Of a stretch of 64,000 nt of DNA, positions 22,580 through 32,363 are shown one piece after another. Each line of letters opens with the position of its first letter. Position 1 is the stretch's first letter. Below the pieces are notes generated by a model, which had not been told where the DNA came from, searched no databases, and saw only the letters and a list, made by a program, of their open reading frames with translations. Origin of the DNA: an uncultured Gammaproteobacteria bacterium. Lineage in GTDB: Bacteria > Patescibacteriota > Microgenomatia > Levybacterales > UBA12049. The position numbers and the translations under genes are program-made. The stretch is from positions 641,016 to 705,015 of the forward strand of contig CAZFRF010000001.1 in the NCBI GenBank assembly GCA_964521295.1, in the 5' to 3' direction.

Positions 22580-23231
22580 TTTGGATAATCTTAACAAACT
22601 CTTGTGCATCTAAACTCGCGCTGCCGACTAAAACTCCAGATATATCATCTTTTCCTGTAAATGCCTTAATATTTTCTGCTTTCACACTGCCACCATATAA
22701 CACCGTATAATTTCCTTTTTGCTTAATCTTTAATGCAACCTCTTCTGCCTTGTCTGGAGATTCTGGATTACCGCTACCAATAGCACTAATTGGCTCATAT
22801 GCAACTAACTCAACGCCCTCCGGTATTAAATCATTTGGATTTTGAATAATAAATATCGGAACTAAGTTATACTTATTAGCCATTTGAACTTTTTTTGCCA
22901 ATACTTCATTGCTCTCATTAAAATTAATTCGTCTTTCTGAATGTCCAATAAGAACAAAATTAGCAAACTCTTTTATTTGTCTCGCGTTAACTTCACCTGT
23001 GTAAGGTCCTTCATCAAATTCAGAGATATTTTCAGCAGCCAAAGATATTTTTAATTTTTCCTCAATAATTGATCTCTTAAAAAAATCCAAAAGAGTAAAA
23101 GGAACTGAAACAATTATTTCATGTCTAAAAAAGAATGATTTATCTAGTTTTTTTAGCTCTTCCAGCCATATTTTAGCTTCAGATTCGGTCTTGTGGGATT
23201 TAAGATTTGCAACCAAAATTACTCTATCCAT
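22572..23231 (-). CDS. tpiA: Triosephosphate isomerase (short form)
   Basis: ANLK, GPYTGEV, GHSERR, AYEPISAIG, YGGSV, GVLVGSASL. Confidence 0.95.
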   Translation of the reverse strand: MDRVILVANLKSHKTESEAKIWLEELKKLDKSFFFRHEIIVSVPFTLLDFFKRSIIEEKLKISLAAENISEFDEGPYTGEVNARQIKEFANFVLIGHSERRINFNESNEVLAKKVQMANKYNLVPIFIIQNPNDLIPEGVELVAYEPISAIGSGNPESPDKAEEVALKIKQKGNYTVLYGGSVKAENIKAFTGKDDISGVLVGSASLDAQEFVKIIQNA

Positions 23232-23249
23232 GTGGTATCATTATACGGT

Positions 23250-25091
23250 ATGAACAAAGATTTTCTCAAGGACTTGAACAAAGAACAAGTTAATGCAGTA
23301 ATCCAAAAAGATGGCCCCATGATCATTTTAGCGGGTGCAGGCAGTGGTAAAACAAGAGTCCTAACCTACAGAGTTATTAACTTAATCAAAGAAGGAATAG
23401 ATCCTTTAAATATTCTAATGGTTACTTTTACAAATAAAGCTGCAAAAGAAATGAAGGAAAGAATGGAAAATTTCTTTACAAAACAAGAGGAAAAGTTATT
23501 TGATCTACCTACGATCTCAACATTTCATGCTCTTTGTGCAAAACTTTTAAGAATTGAGGGAATCAATATTGGAATTCCTAAAAATTTTGTTATTTATGAT
23601 ACCCAAGATCAAAAAGATGCAATTAAAGAAGCCTTTGATTTACTTGGACTCTCTGTTAAAGAATATAAACCATCTTCTGTTTTAAATACAATATCTCAAG
23701 CTAAAAATGAGTTAATAAACGAATCTCAGTATCCTGAATACGCACGAGGGCATTTCCAGGAAGTAGTATCTAGGGTTTATTTAATTTACCAAAAAATACT
23801 TAAGGAAAACGGTGCGTTAGATTTTGATGATTTAATATTAAAAACCGTTGAACTTTTTAAGCAAAATCCAAATATCCTAGAAAAATATCAAGATAAATTT
23901 AAATATATTATGGTTGATGAATACCAGGATACAAATCACGCTCAATATTTACTTACAAAAATGTTAGCGGCAAAGTTTAGCAATATATGTGTAGTCGGTG
24001 ATTTTTCGCAAAGCATTTATAGCTTTAGAGGCGCAGACTATTTAAATCTTGCAAAATTTAAAGATGATTTTAAAAACACTAAAACATTTTCTTTATCACA
24101 AAATTACAGATCCACGCAAAAAATTTTAGATGCGGCTTCTGCGGTAATTTCTAAAAATACAAGTCATCCCGTTCTTCAATTATGGACAGAAAATAAAACA
24201 GGTGAAGACTTGTTTATATTTGAAGCAATTAATGAACAAAAAGAGGCAGAATTTATTATCAATAATATTATTAAATTAAAAGAGGATTTTCCCTCGCTTA
24301 AATACAATGATTTTTGCGTACTATACAGGACTAATGCTCAATCCAGGAATATAGAAGAAGTTTTTTTACACAATTCTCTTCCATATACATTAATTGGTGG
24401 CACCAGGTTCTATGACAGAAAAGAAATAAAAGATGTCCTTGCTTACTTAAAAGTAATTGCAAATCCAAAAGATAAAATTGCCTTAAAAAGATTAGAAAAA
24501 ATTGGCAAAACAAGATTTAATAAATTTATGGAATTTACATTAACACTTGAAGATAAAAATACTGAAGATATCGCAACAATTGAATTAATGGATAATATCC
24601 TTAAGGCAACAGAATATTTAAGCTTATTTGATGATAAAGACGAGGAAGACATAGCTAGACTTGAAAACATTAAAGAATTAAGGTCAGTGGCTCTATCCTT
24701 TCCCAACTTAGAACAATTCTTAGAAAACGTTGCACTTGTTGAGCAAGAATATATGCCAGACCATGTTGAAGAACAAGAAGGTAAAAAAGATGCAGTAAAT
24801 CTAATGACCTTGCACGCAGCAAAAGGACTCGAATTTAAAATCGTATTTATGGTGGGAATGGAGGAAGGTTTATTTCCACATTCCAGAAGTCTTATGGAAA
24901 AAAGTGAACTTGAAGAAGAAAGAAGACTCTGCTATGTTGGAATGACTAGGGCAAAAGAAAAACTCTTTATAAGCTATGCTCGAAAAAGATTATTTTTCGG
25001 ACAAAGAACAATGAATATTGTATCAAGGTTTGTATTAGAATTACCTGAAGGAACATTACAAAAAAATTTACATTCAGCATTTAACGATTAA
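23250..25091 (+). CDS. pcrA: ATP-dependent DNA helicase PcrA/UvrD
   Basis: AGAGSGKTR, TFTNKAA, VDEYQDTN, QNYRS, TLHAAKGLEF, EEERRLCYV; start at ATG 23250. Confidence 0.96.
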   Translation: MNKDFLKDLNKEQVNAVIQKDGPMIILAGAGSGKTRVLTYRVINLIKEGIDPLNILMVTFTNKAAKEMKERMENFFTKQEEKLFDLPTISTFHALCAKLLRIEGINIGIPKNFVIYDTQDQKDAIKEAFDLLGLSVKEYKPSSVLNTISQAKNELINESQYPEYARGHFQEVVSRVYLIYQKILKENGALDFDDLILKTVELFKQNPNILEKYQDKFKYIMVDEYQDTNHAQYLLTKMLAAKFSNICVVGDFSQSIYSFRGADYLNLAKFKDDFKNTKTFSLSQNYRSTQKILDAASAVISKNTSHPVLQLWTENKTGEDLFIFEAINEQKEAEFIINNIIKLKEDFPSLKYNDFCVLYRTNAQSRNIEEVFLHNSLPYTLIGGTRFYDRKEIKDVLAYLKVIANPKDKIALKRLEKIGKTRFNKFMEFTLTLEDKNTEDIATIELMDNILKATEYLSLFDDKDEEDIARLENIKELRSVALSFPNLEQFLENVALVEQEYMPDHVEEQEGKKDAVNLMTLHAAKGLEFKIVFMVGMEEGLFPHSRSLMEKSELEEERRLCYVGMTRAKEKLFISYARKRLFFGQRTMNIVSRFVLELPEGTLQKNLHSAFND

Positions 25092-25099
25092 AATTAAAT

Positions 25100-26038
25100 A
25101 TGACCAATATACATCCTCTTCAGTCGAAAAAATGGGGTGAATTTAGAAAAAAAACAGGAATTAAAGTTGTAACGGGTAAAAACTTTTTATTAACGATTCA
25201 CCCAGTTCCAAAAACAAATTTTACCATTGGCTACTTACCTAAAGGAAATAATATCGATCAAGAATTATTAAACGAATTAGAAATTATAGGGAAAAATGAA
25301 AATTGTATTTTTATCCAAATTGAACCAAATATTGAAAAGGGTGAAATAGAATATAATTTTAATAAATTAGTGCCCGCAGCGCATCCTTTATTTACAAAAT
25401 ACAACTTTATTTTAGATATTAGTAAATCTGAAGAAGAAATTTTAAAAAATATGAGTCAAAAAACCCGCTATAACATTAGACTTGCAGAGAAAAAAGGAGT
25501 TACTATTTATAAAGATAATTCTGAAAATGCCTTTAAAGATTATCTGCGTTTAACTAACGAGACAACTAAAAGACAAAACTTTTATTCACACACACAAGAA
25601 TATCATCAACTAATGTGGGATACTTTAAAAACATCAGAAACAATAAATAAAGATGAATTATCTGCTCATCTTTTTACTGCAAGATACAATAATGAAACAT
25701 TGGCCGCTTGGATACTTTTTGTACTTGGCGATACGCTTTATTATCCTTACGGATCATCAAGTAGCAAGCACAGAGAAGTAATGGCATCCAATCTCTTAAT
25801 GTGGGAAGCGATTAAATTCGGAAAAAGTTTGGGATTAAAAAACTTTGACATGTGGGGAGCATTAGGAACAAATCCAAACCCTAAGGATCCATGGTTTGGA
25901 TTTCATAGATTCAAACAGGGATATAATCCAAGAGCAGTCGAATATGTAGGAAGCTTTGATTTGGTAATTAATAACAAGATGTATTTTATTTATAAAATTG
26001 CTGACAAAATAAGATGGGCACTACTAAAATTTAAATAA
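25100..26038 (+). CDS. FemABX-family peptidoglycan bridge aminoacyltransferase
   Basis: HPLQSKKWGEF, KTRYNIRLAEKKGV, YYPYGSS, LLMWEAI, GFHRFKQG. Confidence 0.9.
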   Translation: MTNIHPLQSKKWGEFRKKTGIKVVTGKNFLLTIHPVPKTNFTIGYLPKGNNIDQELLNELEIIGKNENCIFIQIEPNIEKGEIEYNFNKLVPAAHPLFTKYNFILDISKSEEEILKNMSQKTRYNIRLAEKKGVTIYKDNSENAFKDYLRLTNETTKRQNFYSHTQEYHQLMWDTLKTSETINKDELSAHLFTARYNNETLAAWILFVLGDTLYYPYGSSSSKHREVMASNLLMWEAIKFGKSLGLKNFDMWGALGTNPNPKDPWFGFHRFKQGYNPRAVEYVGSFDLVINNKMYFIYKIADKIRWALLKFK

Positions 26039-26540
26039 TATATAACCTCAAATTATTTTCTTTATCAATCTTTGTAGGCTTTAAGTTCATATCATATCGA
26101 TAACTTACTATTCTTGTACCTTTTTTTAATTGTTTTTTAAACTTAGGCAATAATTTATTTAATGTTTTTGGAACCAAATAAACAATAACTACGGATGCTC
26201 TAGATAAATTTTCATCAAATAAATTACTTCTTTTGATAAAGATGTTTTTGTTTAATTTATTGAAGATTACTCTTAATCGTGCGATATATACCCTCGTTGG
26301 ATCAATTTCTACCCCAAGGCCATGAGCACCAACCCTGCCTGCCTCAATTAACACCTCTCCATCACCACATCCCAAGTCAATTACAAAATCTTTGTTACTA
26401 ATTTTTGCAAGCTTACATATTGCCTTTGCAGTTTTCTTATTTGTTCTCCACCAAGGAGCCCAAGGACTATCTGGTGGCCAGATCATCGACAAAAAGATTA
26501 ACAACAAAACTATTATTAATAAGATTGCGAAATTAATCAT
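26031..26540 (-). CDS. Membrane-anchored class I SAM-dependent methyltransferase
   Basis: N-terminal TM, APWW, IDLGCGDG, GVEID, VYL, RIVSY. Confidence 0.85.
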   Translation of the reverse strand: MINFAILLIIVLLLIFLSMIWPPDSPWAPWWRTNKKTAKAICKLAKISNKDFVIDLGCGDGEVLIEAGRVGAHGLGVEIDPTRVYIARLRVIFNKLNKNIFIKRSNLFDENLSRASVVIVYLVPKTLNKLLPKFKKQLKKGTRIVSYRYDMNLKPTKIDKENNLRLYII

Positions 26541-26827
26541 TAATATTTATAAATTACTTTACCACAAATATCCTTAAAAGATATTTCTCCAAATTTTCTA
26601 CTATCCAAGCTGTCAGATTTATTTTCTCCTATTACAGTATATCCGCTTGTTGTTATTTTAGTAATTTTTTTAATAAAATGTTGTCCGTATTTCCTAAAAA
26701 CCACGATATCGTTATTTTTTAATCTTTTTAAAACAAAAGGAAGATTTACTGCAACAACATGATCTCCATTCTTTAATTTAGGTTCCATGCTGTGACCTAC
26801 TACTTCATATCTTGAGAGGAAAAACAT
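26540..26827 (-). CDS. sodX: Nickel-SOD maturation protease (S24/S26 peptidase)
   Basis: V.GHSMEPKL..GD, IKKI, GEN...SLDSRKFG; directly downstream of sodN. Confidence 0.88.
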   Translation of the reverse strand: MFFLSRYEVVGHSMEPKLKNGDHVVAVNLPFVLKRLKNNDIVVFRKYGQHFIKKITKITTSGYTVIGENKSDSLDSRKFGEISFKDICGKVIYKY

Positions 26828-27307
26828 TTATTTGTAAGACACAATTTCCAATTCGGTTGGGAAAATTGATTTCATCCTAAATGGGGTAACATTTTTTGTC
26901 TGATAAAATATCTCTGCAATTTGCAAGACGTTTTCCAAAGCCTCCTTTGCCGATTCCATCTCTATGCCTTGTCGCGCTTTTGCAGTCGCCTTGAATGCAT
27001 TAGCAAATAATGTTTTCAAATTTGAATATTTACTAAAATGCTCTTCTTTAAAATAATCATTCATTAATGTCATCAACTCCTCTTCCAATCTATTTGCATG
27101 CTCCTCTTTAACATGCGTTACTCTTGCAATATCATGCTCTGCTTTTACTTCATTATCCCTGTTAATATCGAGCAGAAAAGATGTCATCCTAATTATGGTA
27201 TGTGCGGCTAATTGAGCTGGGTTAGGGTCATATAGGCCGCATGGAATATCGCAATGCGCAAAGGCGACTTTTTCTGGAAAAAATTTACTGAGTAAACTGT
27301 TTAACAT
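26828..27307 (-). CDS. sodN: Nickel superoxide dismutase precursor
   Basis: Ni-hook HCDIPCGLYDP after a 17-aa leader; KEEHA, DYFK, IAEIFYQTK. Confidence 0.93.
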   Translation of the reverse strand: MLNSLLSKFFPEKVAFAHCDIPCGLYDPNPAQLAAHTIIRMTSFLLDINRDNEVKAEHDIARVTHVKEEHANRLEEELMTLMNDYFKEEHFSKYSNLKTLFANAFKATAKARQGIEMESAKEALENVLQIAEIFYQTKNVTPFRMKSIFPTELEIVSYK

Positions 27308-27313
27308 TAATCA

Positions 27314-27342
27314 ATAATAATACCTATGCGAATGTTTGTCAA
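27314..27342 (-). promoter_or_regulatory. sigma70 promoter of sodN (leaderless)
   Basis: TTGACA-17-TATTAT, 6 nt before the ATG. Confidence 0.7.
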
Positions 27343-27344
27343 AA

Positions 27345-27959
27345 TTAATATCCAATTGGCTCTTTAATAATTACTACAGTTGTCCTATTTGGAATTGGCT
27401 CGATATTAAAAATTAATATCTTAGCAACTTCGCTACCATTAGATCCATATGCCTTTCTAGCTCTTTCTGATTCCAAAGGTAAATCATATTCATAAATTCT
27501 TTTAAAACCTTCATCTAAATCATTTACTAATTTTTGACTCCCCACAAACCAAATAACATGATCTGCACCATATGCATAACCCGGGATTTGACTACCTGAT
27601 CTTGATGCAATCATTATTTTGCCCTCTTTTGTAATTGCATGTACGCTGCCTATACTATACTCTGAAACTGAGCCAATTTCTTTCATCTTTTTCTTCTGGG
27701 TTGAGTTGTTCATACTCATTAACTTATTCTTAACACTATCATATTTACCTGATTCTAAGACTTCCCATGCTATTCCTGATTCCTCAAGAGTAACTGAAGT
27801 ATTAGTCATGACCTCAGATCCTTCTGGAACAAGATCTAGAAATTTTTGTCTTGCTTGATCTTTAGTATCAACAACAACTGCTGTAATATTATTTTTCTGT
27901 AGAGAGCTAACAACCTCATTGATTAATTTTTCATTTGCTTTTTTATTCCATTTATTCAT
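27345..27959 (-). CDS. LUD-domain (lactate utilization LutC/YkgG-like) protein
   Basis: SVTLEESGI, GSVHAITKEGKIMIASRSGSQ, VGSQKLV, EPIGY C-terminus. Confidence 0.8.
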   Translation of the reverse strand: MNKWNKKANEKLINEVVSSLQKNNITAVVVDTKDQARQKFLDLVPEGSEVMTNTSVTLEESGIAWEVLESGKYDSVKNKLMSMNNSTQKKKMKEIGSVSEYSIGSVHAITKEGKIMIASRSGSQIPGYAYGADHVIWFVGSQKLVNDLDEGFKRIYEYDLPLESERARKAYGSNGSEVAKILIFNIEPIPNRTTVVIIKEPIGY

Positions 27960-27960
27960 A

Positions 27961-28011
27961 TTGACATTCTAATTTTTAAAATATACAATGTCAAGTAGTT
28001 ACAAAAAGTAT
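27961..28011. promoter_or_regulatory. Overlapping divergent sigma70 promoters plus putative HxlR-family operator
   Basis: Plus strand TTGACA(27961)-17-TACAAT; minus strand TTGACA(27994)-17-TAGAAT-6-ATG; TTAC-N5-GTAT at 27999-28011. Confidence 0.65.
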
Positions 28012-28014
28012 AGT

Positions 28015-28314
28015 ATGGAAACAGACTTATTAGAAATATCAAAAGCAGCTAAAATTATTGGCAGTAAATGGACACTTATGATTTTAAACTCTCTTTTAAA
28101 GGGCACCAAAAGATTTGGAGAGCTACAAAAAGAAATAGGCCAAATTAACCCAAGAACCTTATCGAAAAGATTACACGATCTAGAACAAGACGGATATATT
28201 AATAAGAAAATATATGCTCAGGTTCCACCAAAAGTTGAATACTCCCTAACTCCCAAGGCTAAAATTTTCAAACAAGTAATTAGCGCGGTAAAAGATTGCG
28301 GAGAAAAAATGTAA
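28015..28314 (+). CDS. HxlR/DUF24-family winged-helix regulator
   Basis: IGSKWTLMIL, RFGELQ, LSKRLHDLE, VPPKVEYSLT; the ATG at 27988 lies inside the -10 box, so 28015 is preferred. Confidence 0.9.
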   Translation: METDLLEISKAAKIIGSKWTLMILNSLLKGTKRFGELQKEIGQINPRTLSKRLHDLEQDGYINKKIYAQVPPKVEYSLTPKAKIFKQVISAVKDCGEKM

Positions 28315-28363
28315 TACCCGTACCACATTGAAACTAACCTGAGTAATCATGTAACATAAATAT

Positions 28364-29350
28364 ATGCTTGATCTTTTATGCATTGGCGATTCAGTAGTAG
28401 ATATTTTCCTTGAAATACCACCCGAGAACAGACATTTTGGTCTAAACAGGGAAACGAAGAAATTATTCATCGACTTAGGATATAAAATAAATTTAAAGGG
28501 CTACACTAAAGATGTTGGCGGAAATGCTACGAATACCGCAATAGGAGTATCAAGATTAGGAAAAAGAGTCGGATTATGCACAGAAATAGGTGATGATGAA
28601 TTTTCGCATTTTATTCTCAATAAATTAGAGGCAGAAAAAATTAATACTAATTTAATGATTAAAGATAAAAATACAAAAACATCATTTTCAGTAAGCTTAA
28701 ACTACTTAGGAGAAAGAACATTATTAGTTGAACACGTTGAAAGACAACATGATTTTAAAATAGATAATTCCTCAGCAAGATTTATTTACCTAACTAGTCT
28801 TGGAAATGAATGGAAAAAAGCCTATGAAAACGTACGTATATTCCTTAATAAAACCAATTCAAAACTTGCTTATAATCCTGGGACACTTCAACTTGAAGAA
28901 AAAGGTAAAATATTTTTTGAATTAATTCAAAGTAGCGATTATTTTTTTGTAAATAAACAGGAAGCAGAAAAAATATTGTATGGTAATGATAAAAAAGACG
29001 CTGATATTAAAAAATTATTATTTGGAATTAAAAATTTAGGAGCTAAAAATATAATTATTACTGACTCAAGTCGCGGGTCTTACCTAATTGACACGGAAAA
29101 TAATATATATCACCTTGGGATAGTTAAAACAGATGTTATTGAAAAAACAGGTGCCGGAGATGCTTATACCTCAGGATTTATCGCTGCCATATTAAATGGA
29201 GAAATAATTCTAGATGCAATGAGATGGGGAGCGATTAATTCAAGCTCTGTAATATCTAAGATAGGAGCCCAAGAAGGACTTTTAAATTTAAGAGTATTAA
29301 AAGATAGGTTAAATTATCTAAATAGCTTTAAACCCAAAATATTTACTTAA
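28364..29350 (+). CDS. PfkB-family carbohydrate kinase
   Basis: GGNATNTAIGVSRLG, FVNKQEA, TGAGDAYTSGF. Confidence 0.9.
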   Translation: MLDLLCIGDSVVDIFLEIPPENRHFGLNRETKKLFIDLGYKINLKGYTKDVGGNATNTAIGVSRLGKRVGLCTEIGDDEFSHFILNKLEAEKINTNLMIKDKNTKTSFSVSLNYLGERTLLVEHVERQHDFKIDNSSARFIYLTSLGNEWKKAYENVRIFLNKTNSKLAYNPGTLQLEEKGKIFFELIQSSDYFFVNKQEAEKILYGNDKKDADIKKLLFGIKNLGAKNIIITDSSRGSYLIDTENNIYHLGIVKTDVIEKTGAGDAYTSGFIAAILNGEIILDAMRWGAINSSSVISKIGAQEGLLNLRVLKDRLNYLNSFKPKIFT

Positions 29351-29870
29351 TTCCCATTAATTCAACCTCGAAGATCAAAACTGAATTGGCTGGAATTGAA
29401 CCTACTGCTTGATTCCCATAACCCAATTCAGCGGGAATCGTAAGCCTTCTCTTTCCCCCTACCTTCATTCCAATTACTCCCTCGTCCCAACCCTTAATAA
29501 CAGCGCCAACGCCAATTTGCGTTTGAAAAGGCTGACCTCTATCGTAAGAGCTATCAAATTTTTGACCATTCTCTAAAGTGCCTAAATAATGAATAGCAAT
29601 TGTATCTCCTGATTTTACTTCAGCTCCCTCTCCAATTTTCTCGTCCTCAATTTTTAATCCATTCTCTAAAGTTTTAGAACTAATAATAGTTGGAATAGCG
29701 GTTGGGGTTGCTGGTTGATTCGTTGGAGCTTGAGTAATTGTACTAAATACATTTTCTGACTTTACTTCTTTTATATTTGGTGTTTGTTGATTCATAATAA
29801 AATAAATTCCTAATCCTCCCATAAACAGTATTGTTATTACTATTATTAAGGGTACAAAATTTTTAAACAT
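29343..29870 (-). CDS. Membrane-anchored FKBP-type peptidyl-prolyl isomerase
   Basis: HYLGTLENGQKFDSSYDRGQPF, VIKGWDEG, IPANSVLIFEVEL. Confidence 0.95.
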   Translation of the reverse strand: MFKNFVPLIIVITILFMGGLGIYFIMNQQTPNIKEVKSENVFSTITQAPTNQPATPTAIPTIISSKTLENGLKIEDEKIGEGAEVKSGDTIAIHYLGTLENGQKFDSSYDRGQPFQTQIGVGAVIKGWDEGVIGMKVGGKRRLTIPAELGYGNQAVGSIPANSVLIFEVELMGIK

Positions 29871-29879
29871 ACATTTTTC

Positions 29880-30218
29880 TTATTTTAGAAAGTTGTTAAC
29901 GACAAAATTAACAATAGAAAGGAGTATACCAAATAATAATGCCCAAATAAAACCATCAATCTTAAATCCCGGAACAATACTTCCCATTAAAAGAATTAAT
30001 AAAGCATTCATTACTAAGCTAAATAACCCTAAGGTAATAATTGTAATTGGAAGAGTTAAAATAGTTAACACAGGCTTTACCAACGCATTTATCACCCCTA
30101 AAACCAAAGCAACCACTAAAGCGGCAGTAAAATCCTGAATATGCACTCCTGGTAAAACATATGCAACGCTAAATATAACCATTGCACTTACCAACCAGTT
30201 AATTAAAAGACCAATCAT
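29880..30218 (-). CDS. YvlD / phage holin 4_2-family membrane protein
   Basis: NALVKPVLTILTLPITIITLGLF, VPGF. Confidence 0.85.
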   Translation of the reverse strand: MIGLLINWLVSAMVIFSVAYVLPGVHIQDFTAALVVALVLGVINALVKPVLTILTLPITIITLGLFSLVMNALLILLMGSIVPGFKIDGFIWALLFGILLSIVNFVVNNFLK

Positions 30219-30278
30219 TGGTATAGATTATAACTATTTGCTTAATTTTGCAATATTAAAATTCGATATAATATCTAT

Positions 30279-30824
30279 ATGGAAGTAGCAACGCTAGCTA
30301 ACGGCTGTTTTTGGTGCACAGAAGCAATATTTAAAAGATTAAAAGGAGTTTCATCTGTTAAGCCCGGATATTCTGGAGGAAATACAAATAACCCCACCTA
30401 CGAAGATGTATCATCTGGAACAACAAATCATGCTGAAAGCGTACAAATAGAATTTGATCCCCAGCTTATTTCTTATAAAACTCTTTTGGAAATATTTTGG
30501 CTAACACATGACCCGACAACCTTAAATAGACAAGGAAATGATGTTGGAACGCAATATAGATCTGTAATCTTCTATCACTCAGACGAACAACGTCAAACTG
30601 CGGAAAATTTAAAGCAAGAATTAACTGCAAAAAAGATTTATGAAAATCCAATTGTGACTCAAATAGTTAAATTTGAAAAATTTTATGAGGCAGAAAATTA
30701 TCATCAAGATTATTATGATAAAAATAGGGATTATCCATATTGCAGAATTATTATTGATCCAAAAATTAAGAAGCTAATTACTAAATATTCTTCTTCTGTA
30801 AAAAATGAATTTTTAGAAGATTAA
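30279..30824 (+). CDS. msrA: Peptide methionine sulfoxide reductase MsrA
   Basis: [36 protein letters not shown]. Confidence 0.97.
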   Translation: MEVATLANGCFWCTEAIFKRLKGVSSVKPGYSGGNTNNPTYEDVSSGTTNHAESVQIEFDPQLISYKTLLEIFWLTHDPTTLNRQGNDVGTQYRSVIFYHSDEQRQTAENLKQELTAKKIYENPIVTQIVKFEKFYEAENYHQDYYDKNRDYPYCRIIIDPKIKKLITKYSSSVKNEFLED

Positions 30825-30827
30825 ATT

Positions 30828-32363
30828 TTAAACAAATCCTGGAAAGAAATCTTTTTTAATTTTCTTCACATTCAAACTTTCTAATGTTTCTTCAAAGCCT
30901 GTAATCATCCCATGCGGACCTGAAAGATAAAAAACTCGGTCTTTATAATCTGGTATCAATTTTTTAATCATTTCTGCATTTATTCTTCCTCTTTCTCCAA
31001 TCCAATCCTCGGGAATACTTTGTAAGTCGGTAAGATTATAATAAGTTTTAATTCCAAGTTTCTCAAATGCCTTATTAAAAATATCTATATAAACTATTTC
31101 ATCTTTTTGTTTATTTGAATAAAGTAAAATAATATCTTTTTTTATATTTTTATCAATTAAATACTTCAATATGCTTCTAAAGGGAGTTATCCCGATTCCA
31201 CCTGCAATGAAAACAAATTTTTTTTCTTTAGACTTTGCAATTGTAAAATCTCCAGAAAGACTACCCGCGAGGACCTTATCTCCTGCTTTTAAGTTTAATA
31301 AAGATTTTTTAAAAGAGCTAGAATTTTCATAAAACTTAATTCCCATTCTTATTTCTGATTCTGTAGGTGACGAAGAAATTGTAAAGTATCGTCTATTACC
31401 CCTAGTATCTTGTTTTTTAACATCCAATGTCCACTCTAAATATTGACCAGGAATAAAGTTAAATTGAGAATTATTTTTAAAAACAAAATCATATATATCA
31501 TTTGCTAGTTTTTCTTTTTTTTCTAAGATCAACATCAATTTTTCCTTTGGACTCACTAAATATGAAAAAATATTACCAATTAGCAATGCTAATTCAGGTG
31601 TTGTGTAAAACATTCCTATTTTTAATTGAGGTGAAAATAAAACACCAACAAGTGCTCCATACATGATTCTTAATTGATTTGTTGGAGGAGCTGTCAATGG
31701 CTCCGTTAACATTACAATTGCAAAAAACAAAACTGGGGAGTCTAAAAGGGTCTTTTTAAGAGTGATCAAAATATCATAACCATTAATAAATGTAAAAAAC
31801 GAAATAGTCATAAGCGCTGCTGCAATAAATCCTAAAACCATTTCAAATCGCTGTAATTTTCTCACCAAAAATAATCCTCCCAACAATACCACTGGAAACA
31901 TAATTGCCGTACCCACCCACCAACTAGCTGAACCCATTGTTAACACTGAGGCAGTGTAAATAGCAATCGCTACTGGGTTAAAGATATGTTTCATTTTATA
32001 TTCAATAATAAATTTAGAAGCAACTGTAATTAGAGATACCACACTCAAATACATATATTCTTCAATTTTATTAGCTGGAGTAATTATTAATACGAGTATT
32101 AGTGCAGATATATAAATCGACTCGAGATTAGTTATAGTATTAAATATTTTTGCAAATACCCTATTGAACAACCAACAAATAGTAATAATAAAAATGGTTG
32201 AGAAAAATAATTCAATTGGGGAAAATGCTAAAAATCCTAATAGGCTTAAAAAAAGTGCGAAAAATATTAATCCAATTAGATAATATAAAACCAATCTATA
32301 CATTGTTATTAAATTTAAAACTTTATCGATCGGATTAATTATTTTTTTTAACATATTTTTCAA
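30828..32363 (-). CDS. RnfD/NqrB-like membrane domain fused to a ferredoxin-NADP reductase-like FAD/NAD-binding domain
   Basis: KHIFNP, MLTEPLTAP; C-terminal FIPGQY, RRYFTISSSP, IAGGIGITPF, YLSGP. Confidence 0.85.
   Translation of the reverse strand: MKNMLKKIINPIDKVLNLITMYRLVLYYLIGLIFFALFLSLLGFLAFSPIELFFSTIFIITICWLFNRVFAKIFNTITNLESIYISALILVLIITPANKIEEYMYLSVVSLITVASKFIIEYKMKHIFNPVAIAIYTASVLTMGSASWWVGTAIMFPVVLLGGLFLVRKLQRFEMVLGFIAAALMTISFFTFINGYDILITLKKTLLDSPVLFFAIVMLTEPLTAPPTNQLRIMYGALVGVLFSPQLKIGMFYTTPELALLIGNIFSYLVSPKEKLMLILEKKEKLANDIYDFVFKNNSQFNFIPGQYLEWTLDVKKQDTRGNRRYFTISSSPTESEIRMGIKFYENSSSFKKSLLNLKAGDKVLAGSLSGDFTIAKSKEKKFVFIAGGIGITPFRSILKYLIDKNIKKDIILLYSNKQKDEIVYIDIFNKAFEKLGIKTYYNLTDLQSIPEDWIGERGRINAEMIKKLIPDYKDRVFYLSGPHGMITGFEETLESLNVKKIKKDFFPGFV

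Noticed and set aside
29880-30218. Holin-family gene as evidence of a prophage
   Set aside because: The YvlD-type family is common on chromosomes; no phage structural, lysis or integrase genes nearby
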